A DNA stretch of 47,642 bases from Nitrospirae bacterium MYbin3 (GTDB lineage: Bacteria > Nitrospirota > Thermodesulfovibrionia > Thermodesulfovibrionales > Dissulfurispiraceae): positions 1-47,642 of the forward strand of contig PEAD01000024.1 in assembly GCA_002753335.1 (NCBI GenBank), read 5' to 3'. Position numbers and translations under genes: made by a program. Below the pieces are notes generated by a model, which saw only the letters and a program-made list of their open reading frames with translations, was not told the origin of the DNA and ran no database searches. Positions 47,602 to 47,642 of this stretch are shown one piece after another. The first letter of the stretch is position 1. The number at the start of each line of letters is the position of its first letter.

Positions 47602-47642
47602 TAAGGTACCCAATCCCACTCAAACGAGACCGATTTTCAAGG

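Noticed and set aside
1..47642. tRNA, rRNA, IS or prophage genes
   Set aside because: None recognised; intergenic gaps are short and no transposase or phage ORFs appear in the track.

Overview
Bacterial chromosomal window with two parts. Bases 1 to ~39.7 kb are an AT-rich flagellin glycosylation island. It is centred on an alphaproteobacterial-type flagellin-flbT-flaF module with clear sigma-28 and sigma-70 promoter matches and a structured 5' leader. Around it lie nine complete TPR-containing genes plus one partial paralogue: FlmG-like TPR/GT-B proteins, a 1274-aa double SPINDLY/OGT (GT41) fusion, GT4-TPR, CgeB-TPR, TPR-methyltransferase and a 1627-aa tri-enzyme. There are also a GT11 and several methyltransferases. 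A long, tightly coupled minus-strand operon encodes an Sps/Pse/Leg-like nonulosonic acid pathway with many tailoring enzymes: two radical SAM/twitch proteins, AsnB, WbuXYZ-type amidotransferase, PIG-L deacetylase plus formyltransferase, a degenerate nucleotide-sugar dehydrogenase and a PseG homologue lacking the catalytic His. No flippase, polymerase or PseB/LegB-type dehydratase is visible in the window. Bases ~39.8-47.6 kb are more GC-rich backbone: metallophosphoesterase, rlpA, hslU, hslV, xerC, RseC family, amidohydrolase and a sigma-54 response regulator, followed by a repeat-rich non-coding end. The backbone gene order suggests a Nitrospirota or deltaproteobacterial-like host (inference only). 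All calls come from motif recognition by eye, with no database searches. Several starts were moved from the ORF track to coupled or RBS-supported codons.
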